From: a bacterium
GTDB taxonomy: Bacteria; Patescibacteriota; Minisyncoccia; Phycocordibacterales; UBA6899
Length of the DNA stretch: 64,000 nucleotides
Reading direction: 5' to 3'
Assembly (NCBI GenBank): GCA_043756865.1
Contig: JAYUQG010000024.1
Location: forward strand, 27,259 to 91,258
Both the position numbers and the translations under genes were made by a program. Positions 38,949 through 48,059 of this stretch are shown here, piece by piece. The notes below the pieces were generated by a model. That model searched no databases. It was not told where the DNA came from and saw only the letters and a program-made list of their open reading frames with translations. Each line of letters begins with the position of its first letter. The first letter of the stretch is position 1.

Positions 38949-39026
38949 CTTCATTAAAAACACGTAAAACCTTTGGCGTCTTGTCTCGACAAGTCTTCGC
39001 AGGTTTTACGTGTTTTTATTATGAAG
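38949..39026. repeat. Long inverted repeat downstream of ftsH
   Basis: TAAAAACACGTAAAACCT (38955-38972) / AGGTTTTACGTGTTTTTA (39001-39018) enclosing an inner hairpin CTTGTC-tc-GACAAG. Confidence 0.75.
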
Positions 39027-39142
39027 CTCTCGCGTTCCGCTACGGAGGCCCCACAGGGTAAGGTTCAGCCGGTTTTTTGTATGTTGACGAGACGGTAATT
39101 TGGCGTAGTCTCTTGTATAGTATTGTTCCAAGGAGGTCACTC

Positions 39143-39526
39143 GTGAATACACCCCGTCCCACGCCGTCGTTTTCTGCGGGCTTCTCAATCGCGCTTGTTA
39201 TTTCGCTCATTTTGAGTGCGCTGTTCCCCGTGCGCACGCTTGCACCGGAAGACCAAACGTTTTTGTCAGCGGTATTGAGTGGCCTATTTGATTCGTTCTT
39301 TTTCGGCCTGCTTTTCTGGTATTACGCGAAAAAACATTCCGAACAGCTCTTTTGGATACTCGCGATTGCGCTCGGTTTCTCGGTGGGCGATGGAATCCAA
39401 GACCTTGTCCGCTCGGCGCCGTGGTGGTATGCGATTCTCTCCACTCTTGTGCGCGCCGCAGCCAGCCTCGCCTTGTACCATTATTTCGTGAGCCGCCTTA
39501 AGAAGCCGCCCACGGATGGCAGTTAA
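39143..39526 (+). CDS. Hypothetical four-TM membrane protein
   Basis: AGGAGG SD before GTG; hydrophobic segments. Confidence 0.65.
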   Translation: MNTPRPTPSFSAGFSIALVISLILSALFPVRTLAPEDQTFLSAVLSGLFDSFFFGLLFWYYAKKHSEQLFWILAIALGFSVGDGIQDLVRSAPWWYAILSTLVRAAASLALYHYFVSRLKKPPTDGS

Positions 39527-39576
39527 CTTTCATCCATACAAACAAACCCGCACTGTGCGGGTTTTTTTTATGTGGA

Positions 39577-40182
39577 CTAGACTTTCTTTTTCTTAGTAGT
39601 GTACGTTTGAGAGGAAGCGGTGATTTTCTTTGATACGACCTTCTTTTTCGCAGAACGGCGTGTTTCGATGCGCGCCGCAACAATAGGTGTAGTTACACCT
39701 GCTTTTTCTTCAGGAGGGGGCAGTGTGGCGGATAGTTCGAGGCTCTCCATCCAAAGCTCTCTTGCCCAACCTTTTGAATGAAAAAGATGCTCGCCCTCTT
39801 CTTTGTGTACGAGAGCCTATGCACCCATAAGCACCTTTCGTTCGTCCTCAGGAAGACTTGTTGCAACTGCGCCAATGAGTTCCCAATTGAGGTGATCTTT
39901 TGTTTCCGCGAGCACCACACACTCTGCCGCAACTAGTTGTGCGCTGTCTAGTTCGTCAGAATCGAGAGCAATTTCCATGGCCTCCACGAGCGATTCACCG
40001 ATATGTCGCACCACAGTTCTACCTAGTGTTTCTGCCTCCGCACCCATCTCCAGTTTGTTAAAAACATTACGCAATATAACTTCGTGTTCTTTCGTTTGTT
40101 CGAGATACTTCTCCCACTCAGCGCGGAGGTCTTCGTTTTGTGCGCAGGTGATTGCGGTTTCATAGACGAGAATGCCCCCCAT
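39577..40182 (-). pseudogene. Ferritin-like (DUF892-like) gene remnant: 5' truncated, in-frame TAG at 39817-39819
   Basis: GG..VYETA..CA.N.DL..EW.KY, AAECVVLAETKDH.NWEL; the frame resumes after TAG with EHLFHSKGWARELW..LPPPEE. Confidence 0.7.
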
Positions 40183-40418
40183 TAAAAAAATATACAGTTG
40201 ACCCTAGAGCCCGTTAGATAACTTTTCCCAACTGCAAATCCATGCTGTCGGCTGAAAAGCATTTTATCCTCCCTCGTCGTATCCAATGGGTACGCCATCG
40301 GTCGGCCTAAAATGTTTTCATCTCGACACCATGAATTTTCGTTTCAGGAAATAGTTGTCTAACTAGGCTCTTGGTGTAATCTCTGGTAGACAGAGTGCAG
40401 ATTATAAAGGAGTACATA

Positions 40419-40844
40419 ATGACACGTACTAATGTTGTTTCATTCCTCCCGTTCATGGTGACAATCGACGTGCGCGTCGAGCTTGCGCTTATGACCATGA
40501 ATACGACGTTGTGTTTCGGCCCATTCAATACACAAGAAAGTGCCGATAGTTGGTCGGGTGAGGTGCACCGTTTGCACAAAGACGTCGAGCGTCGTGAAGA
40601 TACTATTGCAGATAGTGTTAGCGACGAGCTCGGCATTCCTACTGCGGAGTTTATTCGTGCATATGTGACCCTCCCCGATTCGTTCCAAGTGGGCAAAGAT
40701 GCGCGAGAAGATGGAAACCTCATTCCGACGCACGCACCTGAGATTGATGCGCGAGATATGCGTATCTATGCGCTCCGCGCATTCGCATCAGCGGTCGACT
40801 ACACTTTGGAGCGACTCATCCAGACACCGCCCCTGCATTCATAG
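40419..40844 (+). CDS. Hypothetical protein
   Basis: AAGGAG SD and terminator AACCGAGG-acaca-CCTCGGTTTTTT. Confidence 0.6.
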   Translation: MTRTNVVSFLPFMVTIDVRVELALMTMNTTLCFGPFNTQESADSWSGEVHRLHKDVERREDTIADSVSDELGIPTAEFIRAYVTLPDSFQVGKDAREDGNLIPTHAPEIDARDMRIYALRAFASAVDYTLERLIQTPPLHS

Positions 40845-40965
40845 AACCGAGGACACACCTCGGTTTTTTGTTGCTCAGAATGTATTTATTCATTATGATA
40901 ACTGCACAATTTCCCCCCGTAGCTGTCTTGGTAGGTATCGGGCGCTAGTAAGGAGTTGTTTATTT

Positions 40966-41038
40966 CCACCCGTAGCTCAGTTGGTAGAGCGGTCGTCTTA
41001 TACACGACTGGTCCCTGGTTCGAGTCCAGGCGGGTGGA
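40966..41038 (+). tRNA. tRNA-Ile, anticodon UAU (CCA not encoded)
   Basis: Acceptor CCACCCG/CGGGTGG, D arm GCTC/GAGC, anticodon arm GTCGT-CTTATAC-ACGAC, T arm CCTGG-TTCGAGT-CCAGG. Confidence 0.9.
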
Positions 41039-41211
41039 CAAGCGAGACTCACAATGTAGAACACTGTGCGCTTGTCCAAGCCACAGCCATATCGAGGCTT
41101 GGCGAGATGGCGAGGCGGTGTGAGGCTCGGTCAAGGGAACCCAGCTTTGTGGGAACCGAGCCGCAAGACTCATTGAGAACTTTTGTCATCAAAAGATCCA
41201 ATGAGTGGACA
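41035..41211 (+). repeat. Structured trailer of tRNA-Ile related to the tmRNA trailer
   Basis: TGGACAAGCG/CGCTTGTCCA fold-back, core CCATATCGAG..CGAGATGGCGAGGCGG, terminal GTGGACA copy. Confidence 0.7.
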
Positions 41212-41324
41212 GCTCCTGTAAGGAGGCGAACATTTCAGAAAAATTGACTTTTTGTGTCTTTCATGTTATTAAGGATATAGATGGGTAATGTCGCCCACCT
41301 CTCTGCAATGAAAGCGAGTTTGAC

Positions 41325-41678
41325 ATGAACATGATTCAACAATTTTCGGTCGATGGCGAAGCGCGTATCGGTGTCGCGACGCAGGATGTCTGTGGCAATG
41401 AAGTGCGCTTCTTCTGGTGGAAGAACATCGCGGGCACCGCAGCTGTCGTCGCCAAAGAGTGCGGCAAAATCATCGCCCTCGGCTACCCTGCTGTCGTGCG
41501 CTCCGGACTCGACCTGACCAGCTTCTACGACGACCGGCGAGTTGTCCAAGTGCGGAACACCTACGCTATCTACGTCGATGAGGCGCAGTGGACAAAGATT
41601 CGCAGTGAGGCCAACCTCGGCTATCTGTCCGTTTCGCTTCGCGACCTCGGGCTCCAGATGGCCGAACGCCGCGTGTAA
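41325..41678 (+). CDS. Hypothetical protein
   Basis: 117-aa ORF with downstream hairpin. Confidence 0.55.
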   Translation: MNMIQQFSVDGEARIGVATQDVCGNEVRFFWWKNIAGTAAVVAKECGKIIALGYPAVVRSGLDLTSFYDDRRVVQVRNTYAIYVDEAQWTKIRSEANLGYLSVSLRDLGLQMAERRV

Positions 41679-41793
41679 AGTAAACGCCACAAGGCACAAT
41701 AAACCGCCCCACACTTCGTGTGCAGGGCGTTTTGATTACTCCGTTTTTCCTCGGCTTCTGTGGCAATGCCCTTTGGTGTAAAATTGTAGCTAC

Positions 41794-42741
41794 ATGAACT
41801 GCGTGCTACAGAAAGCATTATATATATTGGGAACGGGTATTGTGTTTTATTCCTTCTCTGAAAGACTTTTTTGGGGCTGGTTTATGGAGGGAGAAGATAA
41901 TATCGAGTTGATGCTTTGGGGTCTCATATTTTATACTGTTGCGGCCTACGTATTTCTCATTGTGCGTGAAAAATTTAAACTCTCGACAGTCAGTGAACTA
42001 TTGATTGTGGGTCTATTATATGGGGTGATTATCGAAGGAGTTATTGTCGGTGAATTATATGCTGACCCTATTGGGACAGTGTTTGTTGCCCTTCCTTGGC
42101 ACGCACTTGTGACAGTGTTGATTGGGTGGTATGCGATCCCACTCTGGCTCACCATGCATTCATATTTAAAACAGGCAATGTGGGCGCTTGTTTTTTCGGC
42201 AAGTTGGTTTGTGTGGTCAATCGGAATGCATTATGAGTTTGGGAAACCAGATAGCGCAATACCGAGCGCATCGCTCGATATCGAAAACTATGCAGCACAT
42301 GCGTTATTTACATTTACACTGCTTGCACTCGGGCATGGACTTATGTTGCTTGCGCGAAAGGATTTTGTATTCAGATATAGCAAAAAAGAGGCAACTGTCG
42401 TGATGGTGATTCCGTTTTTGTTTGCAGCGATTCTTTATCCGGGAGTGATGATTATCGTCGCCCCTGTTATGGGTGTGCTCTTTTATGGGTTTTATCGACT
42501 CCTTCGATGGCTGTCGCTTCGCAAAGAGGGACTACCGCAGTTGCGCCCCGTTTTGCAAGAGTTTCGTGTTGGCAAACTCTTGGCCGTTTATGCCATACCA
42601 GCAATTTCTGTCTTTTTTATGCACGCCTTCTTCTTGTCAGGAGTAGCTACATTTGAAGCGGCATATATGATTTCACTGCCTTTATTTGTGGCGACATGCG
42701 TGCTCTGTGCGCGCGTGTTCCGTTCACCTCGAGTCGGTTAA
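41794..42741 (+). CDS. Polytopic membrane protein
   Basis: About 10 TM segments; FSE..FW, EG and WHAL. Confidence 0.7.
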   Translation: MNCVLQKALYILGTGIVFYSFSERLFWGWFMEGEDNIELMLWGLIFYTVAAYVFLIVREKFKLSTVSELLIVGLLYGVIIEGVIVGELYADPIGTVFVALPWHALVTVLIGWYAIPLWLTMHSYLKQAMWALVFSASWFVWSIGMHYEFGKPDSAIPSASLDIENYAAHALFTFTLLALGHGLMLLARKDFVFRYSKKEATVVMVIPFLFAAILYPGVMIIVAPVMGVLFYGFYRLLRWLSLRKEGLPQLRPVLQEFRVGKLLAVYAIPAISVFFMHAFFLSGVATFEAAYMISLPLFVATCVLCARVFRSPRVG

Positions 42742-42803
42742 AAACAGGTCGTTTTTTGCAGATGTGGTTTTCCTTGCATCAATACACTCCATGGTTAGAA
42801 TGA

Positions 42804-43241
42804 ATGCACATGCAAATCCGGATTAAACGTATCGACAAAACGCTCCCGCTTCCTGAGTACAAAACAAAGGGCGCTGCAGCGTTTGATCTCGCAACGCGTG
42901 AGACCATAACCATTCTGCCAAACGTAGTAGCCTATGCCCCCTTGAATGTCGTTATCGAAACACCACCCGGTTATATGACCTTCCTTGCTACGCGCTCATC
43001 ACTCCACAAGCGGGGACTGGTGATGGCGAACGGAGCGGGGATTATTGATCAAGATTTTTGCGGTAACAACGACGAGGTTATGGCCGCCCTCTATAATTTC
43101 TCAGATACCCCTGTGACGATCGAGCGTGGTGAGCGGATACTTCAGGTCGCAATTGTGCCAATAGAGAAAGCAGAGTGGCTCGAAGTGGAGGATATGGAAC
43201 ACGAAGACCGAGGTGGCTTTGGTACGACAGGCAAGGCGTAA
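42804..43241 (+). CDS. dut: dUTP diphosphatase
   Basis: AAAFDL, RSSL, GIIDQDFCG, GERILQ and RGGFGTTG. Confidence 0.95.
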   Translation: MHMQIRIKRIDKTLPLPEYKTKGAAAFDLATRETITILPNVVAYAPLNVVIETPPGYMTFLATRSSLHKRGLVMANGAGIIDQDFCGNNDEVMAALYNFSDTPVTIERGERILQVAIVPIEKAEWLEVEDMEHEDRGGFGTTGKA

Positions 43242-43306
43242 TGCGACACTTTTCAGGTGAAAATGTGCATGCTATGCTTCGCACATTAGTATTTAGCACT
43301 CCCTAT

Positions 43307-43675
43307 ATGTCACCAGAAGAACGCGCAGTGAACGTAGCAGCAGAAATCGAAGCCTTAACGTCACAAGAAATTGCGGCATTTATTCTTCCTGTGCTCAATT
43401 CAGATGAACCCGTACTCCCTGTTGACCTCGAAATTATACAAAAGCGTGCACTCGTACTTGCATCGGAGAACCCCGCGCTTTCTGTGGAAGATGCAATCAT
43501 GAACGCTGCTGGCGATCGACTCAGCGCACGAGAAGGGACTGAAACCCCCGTCACAATTACTGATAGCACGGGCTACGTTCATGCTGTTGTCGAAAAAGGG
43601 AAAAATCCTGCTTCCGTCGCTCGTGAAATCGCGGAAGATTTTCGTGATCATGGTGATGCCGCCTCAGATCGATAA
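43307..43675 (+). CDS. Hypothetical acidic protein
   Basis: 122-aa ORF following dut. Confidence 0.55.
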   Translation: MSPEERAVNVAAEIEALTSQEIAAFILPVLNSDEPVLPVDLEIIQKRALVLASENPALSVEDAIMNAAGDRLSAREGTETPVTITDSTGYVHAVVEKGKNPASVAREIAEDFRDHGDAASDR

Positions 43676-44000
43676 ATGTGTAAAAAAAGACTGCCTCTCG
43701 GCAGCCCTGAAGTTGGTTGCGTGCACACTGTGCGGACAACCAACGGAATAATCTACGCATGATGTTTTCGACGATGGCCCAAATCTGGGTCATGCCTGCG
43801 GCATGGTGCGCGCCAATACGGTGGCGTCCGTCTTTTACAACAAAGGTGCCATCACCCATCGCGTTCACGCGAATCGGAGGGATGTCGTCACCCATCTCAA
43901 GCGCAATGCGCAGTTCTTCGATACGACGCGGGCAGACACCCCGCTTCTTCTTTTTAGTGGTTCGCAGGTGCTCCATTGCGAGGAGCATGAGTTTTGGCAT
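43557..44000 (-). CDS. ParB/Srx-like N-terminal domain protein
   Basis: IPPIRV......FVVKDGRHRIGA motif; AAGGAG SD; frame runs through a terminator. Confidence 0.7.
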   Translation of the reverse strand: MPKLMLLAMEHLRTTKKKKRGVCPRRIEELRIALEMGDDIPPIRVNAMGDGTFVVKDGRHRIGAHHAAGMTQIWAIVENIMRRLFRWLSAQCARNQLQGCREAVFFYTFIDLRRHHHDHENLPRFHERRKQDFSLFRQQHERSPCYQ

Positions 44001-44134
44001 CTCTGACTCCTTTGATTTAGTCTGCGGGCAGTTAATCATAAGTACGTGCAAAGTCAAACCGTATATGTCATGAGCCTATTGCTCGCTTTTTTAATAGTGC
44101 TAGCCTTTGTGTAGCTGTTTTCTGCAAGGACTTT

Positions 44135-44545
44135 ATGTACCTCAGCTCTATTCGCCTCGCCTGCAACGCAATCGGATTTGCCGCTTGGTTCGTCTTGTTT
44201 ATTCAGCTTGCCGGAAATGGACACCTGACAGTCGATCCCAAGTGGGATGTCTACCTGGCGAACGTGCTCGCACTTCTTATTCCTCTGGGGTTGCTCATTA
44301 TTGATTTCCGAACACGCAAATCGGGTCCACTTGCACAATCTCTGTCATCAATTGCGTGGATGATTCTTTGGACATTCACGGGAATTATTGGCGTTCTCGT
44401 TACGGGGTGGTCCGCTCATATGGGTGAGTGGGAATCAGGAAGGTGGTACGGTTATGTGGCGCCACTGTTGGTTGCTACAAACACTCTGGCGGCATTGTTG
44501 CTTCTGGGGAGGGCACTGTGGCCCACACACAAGGAAACCTATTAG
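44135..44545 (+). CDS. Hypothetical four-TM membrane protein
   Basis: Hydrophobic segments, AAGGA SD. Confidence 0.6.
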   Translation: MYLSSIRLACNAIGFAAWFVLFIQLAGNGHLTVDPKWDVYLANVLALLIPLGLLIIDFRTRKSGPLAQSLSSIAWMILWTFTGIIGVLVTGWSAHMGEWESGRWYGYVAPLLVATNTLAALLLLGRALWPTHKETY

Positions 44546-44604
44546 GTGACTGTCCGCATTTTTGCGGACAGTTTTTTAACGAGGAAAATATAATTGCCTA
44601 TGAG

Positions 44605-46791
44605 CTATTCAAAGTGCGAGCGTGCACGTTCCTCGAGTTGGGCCTTGAGTGTGGGCTCGTGTGCAAGTGTGAGGTCTTCTGCGAGTACGCGTTTTGCTTC
44701 TTCGCGCGCGGCTTCAACCATTTTGATGTTCTTGATTGCCTCCATTCCGATGTCAGAGATTCCCCACTGCTTGCCGCCACCGAGCTCACCAGCACCACGC
44801 AATCCTAAGTCCATTTCTGAAAGCTCGAATCCGTTCTTCGCTGTCGTGAGCGCCTTCAGGCGTTCAAAGGTTTTGTCGGTTTTTGTTTCTGAGAAAAGGT
44901 AACAGTATGCTTGGTGTGTTCCACGTAATACGCGACCGCGTAGTTGGTGGAGTTGCGCGAGCCCAAAGCGCTCGGCACCTTCGATAACAATAAGTGTAGC
45001 GTTCGGAACGTTTACCCCGACCTCCACAACGGATGTCGCGACGAGTATGTGCGTACTCCCTGATGCGAATTCCTCCATGACCGCGTCCTTTTCGGTGGGC
45101 TTCATTTTGCTATGGAGTATGTCGATGGTGTATTCGGGAAATACTTTTTCCTGCAAGCGTCGCGCCTCTTCTTTGACCGATTTGGCAATAAGCGCCTGCT
45201 CTTTGTCGGGGTCTGGTTCGTCGATACGCGGACAGATGATGTATGCTTGGCGTCCGGCCCTGAGTTCAGCGCGAATTTTTTCGTATATTGCCTCACGTTT
45301 TCCGACGGGCACAATTTCGGTGATGACAGGCTTTCTTCCTGATGGCATTTGGTCTAGGAGCGAGAGGTCGAGGTCGCCATAGAGTGTAAGTGCCAGCGTT
45401 CGCGGAATTGGTGTGGCGGTCATCGAGAGAAAGTGTGGTGCGCGCGTTGTGTCACCTAATTCTTTTTGTACGAGCTTGGCACGTTGTTTGGTGCCAAAGC
45501 GGTGCTGTTCGTCGATGATGACGTAGGCAAGATGTTTCCACTTTACACTTTTTTGAATGAGCGCGTGGGTGCCGATAACAATGGGTATTTCACCACTCGC
45601 AACCCATTTCAAAAACTGCGTACGCGAAATATCAGTCCAACCGCTCGAGTCTACTTTCGAGGGAAATTTCTTGCACCCGCTCCCCGTAATTAGTCCAATT
45701 TGTATTCCCGTGCCAACAAAATATTTTATAAATGATTCAAAATGCTGGGTTGCAAGTATTTCTGTGGGACACATATATCCCACTTGAAGCGCGCCAAAGT
45801 TTTGGCCGTTTGGGCGAGTGGTCACCACGGCAAAAGTCGTTGCTGCAGCCACTGCAGTCTTTCCGCTTCCTACATCGCCTTCAAGTAAACGTAGCATTGC
45901 GCGGGACGATGCGAAGTCAGTGAAAATCGTTTTCACTGCACGCTCTTGAGCGTCAGTGAGCGGAAAGCCAAGGCGAGCAACAAACTCATCAACGTACGCA
46001 AGGTTGGGTGTGATAAGAAATGTGGGATTTGCTTCATACCGCATACGTGCCTGTTGTCGTTCAAGCTGAAGAAAAAATATTTCTTCAAACGCAAAGCGCT
46101 TTCGTGCAGACTGTGCATGCTTGGCATCACGTGGCTGATGCATCCAAATGAGTGCGGTTGCAAGTGACGGGAGATTGTATCGTTTGAGTATTAGCTCAGG
46201 AATAGGGTCGACGAGCTCGACTAAGATTCCCGACGTGAGTACCTTACGGATGGCGTAGTAGCACCAGCGTGAAGTGATTCCCTTCGACTCTGGATAGACA
46301 GGAAGAAAGCGCTCTTCGTCACTGATTCCACCTTCACTAAATAATGATGGACCAACGTCACCGGGAAGTTTAGGAATCTTCTCAATTTCAGGGTTCACCA
46401 TCGACCGTGCACCATTTTTTATTTTGACTTTTCCTGATGCACGCACAAAGTCTCCTGATGCAACCATCTTTGCCATATATGCCTGATGAAACCACACCAA
46501 CGTAATGTGCCCCGACGTGTCACGCATCGTTGCTTCACCCATTGGCACGCGTGAACGAAACGATTTTTTTGCCCCCGTCTTTTCAATTTGCCCATAGAAT
46601 GTTGCACGTTCGCCATCGGTGGCGAGTTCTATTGAGGAAGATTTCCCTGCATCGATGTGCCTTGCGGGGAAGTGATATAAGATATCGCGGATCGTGTGGA
46701 TACCCATTTTTTGGAGCGCTTTCTTTTGCTCCGGTGCGATGCGCCCGATGGTGGTAATTGGGTCACTTTCATGAAATTTACTTCCAGACAT
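44605..46791 (-). CDS. recG: ATP-dependent DNA helicase RecG
   Basis: RLLEGDVGSGKT, IIDEQHRFG, MTATPIPRTL and QLHQLRGRV. Confidence 0.97.
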   Translation of the reverse strand: MSGSKFHESDPITTIGRIAPEQKKALQKMGIHTIRDILYHFPARHIDAGKSSSIELATDGERATFYGQIEKTGAKKSFRSRVPMGEATMRDTSGHITLVWFHQAYMAKMVASGDFVRASGKVKIKNGARSMVNPEIEKIPKLPGDVGPSLFSEGGISDEERFLPVYPESKGITSRWCYYAIRKVLTSGILVELVDPIPELILKRYNLPSLATALIWMHQPRDAKHAQSARKRFAFEEIFFLQLERQQARMRYEANPTFLITPNLAYVDEFVARLGFPLTDAQERAVKTIFTDFASSRAMLRLLEGDVGSGKTAVAAATTFAVVTTRPNGQNFGALQVGYMCPTEILATQHFESFIKYFVGTGIQIGLITGSGCKKFPSKVDSSGWTDISRTQFLKWVASGEIPIVIGTHALIQKSVKWKHLAYVIIDEQHRFGTKQRAKLVQKELGDTTRAPHFLSMTATPIPRTLALTLYGDLDLSLLDQMPSGRKPVITEIVPVGKREAIYEKIRAELRAGRQAYIICPRIDEPDPDKEQALIAKSVKEEARRLQEKVFPEYTIDILHSKMKPTEKDAVMEEFASGSTHILVATSVVEVGVNVPNATLIVIEGAERFGLAQLHQLRGRVLRGTHQAYCYLFSETKTDKTFERLKALTTAKNGFELSEMDLGLRGAGELGGGKQWGISDIGMEAIKNIKMVEAAREEAKRVLAEDLTLAHEPTLKAQLEERARSHFE

Positions 46792-46923
46792 TGACCAATC
46801 ATACGGGATTCTTGGCATCGCGGTGGGATTGACGAAGAATAATTTTCCTGTCAGATTGTGGGTAGTGATTTAGTTTGGAAAAAATGTTCTTTGCAAATGT
46901 CACACTTACAAGAAAGGGAAATT

Positions 46924-47745
46924 ATGTTTGGATTCGAAGGAATCTTTAGCCTTCCGTGGTGGGGTCACCTCCTCGTTGCGCTCATTTTGACGCACATTAC
47001 CATTACGGGAGTGACGATTTACTTGCATCGTTCGCAGGCACACCGTGCACTCGAACTACGTGCGCCACTGGCACATTTTTACCGTCTCTGGCTTTGGCTC
47101 TCGACCGGGATGATTACAAAGGAGTGGGTCGCCATTCACCGCAAGCATCATGCGCGCTGCGAAATGGATGGAGATCCTCATTCTCCAATCGTTTGGCTTC
47201 GCGGAGTTGAAGGCATTTGGATGCGGGCCTTCGCCATGGTGCGCTGGGTGCTGTGGGTAGGTGTGCAAAAATACGTCACCGAATCCCGTATTACGGATAC
47301 CATGAAAGACTTCGGTGCCATGACTCCCGACGACTGGATTGAGCGGCGTGTGTACTCTGCTTTTCCAAAAGTAGGAATTCTCGTCATGCTCACGCTTGAC
47401 CTCGTTTGTTTTGGTCCGTGGGGCTTTCTCATTTGGGGAATCCAAATGATTTGGATTCCGGTGTTTGCTGCAGGCGTCATCAATGGAGTGGGACATTTCC
47501 TTGGCTACAGGAACTTTGAGAGCAAGCATCGCAGAACTGGCGTGGTTGATTCTTCGAGAAACATCTCCCCATGGGGCATTCTTATTGGAGGCGAAGAACT
47601 GCACAATAACCACCACGCGAACGAACTGTCACCAAAACTTTCGGCAAAATGGTTTGAGTTCGACATCGGATGGTGCTACATCACCATCTTCAGATGGCTC
47701 GGTCTCATCAAAAGCATTCGTCTTGATAGGCCATATCCTTCATAA
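46924..47745 (+). CDS. Delta-9 acyl-CoA/acyl-lipid desaturase
   Basis: His boxes HRSQAH, HRKHH and GEELHNNHH. Confidence 0.92.
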   Translation: MFGFEGIFSLPWWGHLLVALILTHITITGVTIYLHRSQAHRALELRAPLAHFYRLWLWLSTGMITKEWVAIHRKHHARCEMDGDPHSPIVWLRGVEGIWMRAFAMVRWVLWVGVQKYVTESRITDTMKDFGAMTPDDWIERRVYSAFPKVGILVMLTLDLVCFGPWGFLIWGIQMIWIPVFAAGVINGVGHFLGYRNFESKHRRTGVVDSSRNISPWGILIGGEELHNNHHANELSPKLSAKWFEFDIGWCYITIFRWLGLIKSIRLDRPYPS

Positions 47746-47840
47746 CGTCATAACGCGAGCAATGCTCGCGTTTTTTTTATCTAAGATAGTCTGATAGACA
47801 GACAGTAACCCGCAGGCCATTCTTTTGCTATAATAAAGTA

Positions 47841-48029
47841 AGGTACTGTCACAAAATAATTTGATCGTCTCGCTTCCATCTTTACCCCATCTTTCACTTA
47901 TTTCAATCGCGGAATCTTCACCGTAATCCTATTACGCCTCAGATTCTGCTCAGTCAGAAAAGGTAAATCTGTGGCAAATCTGAAACCGCCTGAGACCGAA
48001 AGTGACCACATTATTTTGTGACAGCGCCT
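47841..48029 (+). ncRNA. Candidate ~189-nt structured RNA (6S RNA-like size and closing stem)
   Basis: Extended -10 TGcTATAAT (47826-47834); terminal stem AGGTACTGTCACAAAATAAT / ATTATTTTGTGACAGCGCCT; nested GTCTC/GAGAC and TTTACC/GGTAAA. Confidence 0.5.
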
Positions 48030-48059
48030 AAACTCATTTATCAACCTTGTCATTTCATC

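Noticed and set aside
39817-39819. Stop-codon reassignment or pyrrolysine readthrough
   Set aside because: TAG ends many intact genes here (lexA, smpB, pilM) and this gene is also 5' truncated
40966-41038. Reading the tRNA as Val(TAC) or Tyr
   Set aside because: The 5-bp stem GTCGT/ACGAC fixes a 7-nt loop CTTATAC with TAT central
47950-48010. c-di-GMP-I riboswitch-like words (GGTAAA, GGCAAA, GAAA)
   Set aside because: The required P1/P2 arrangement is not evident; the segment fits inside a larger closed stem
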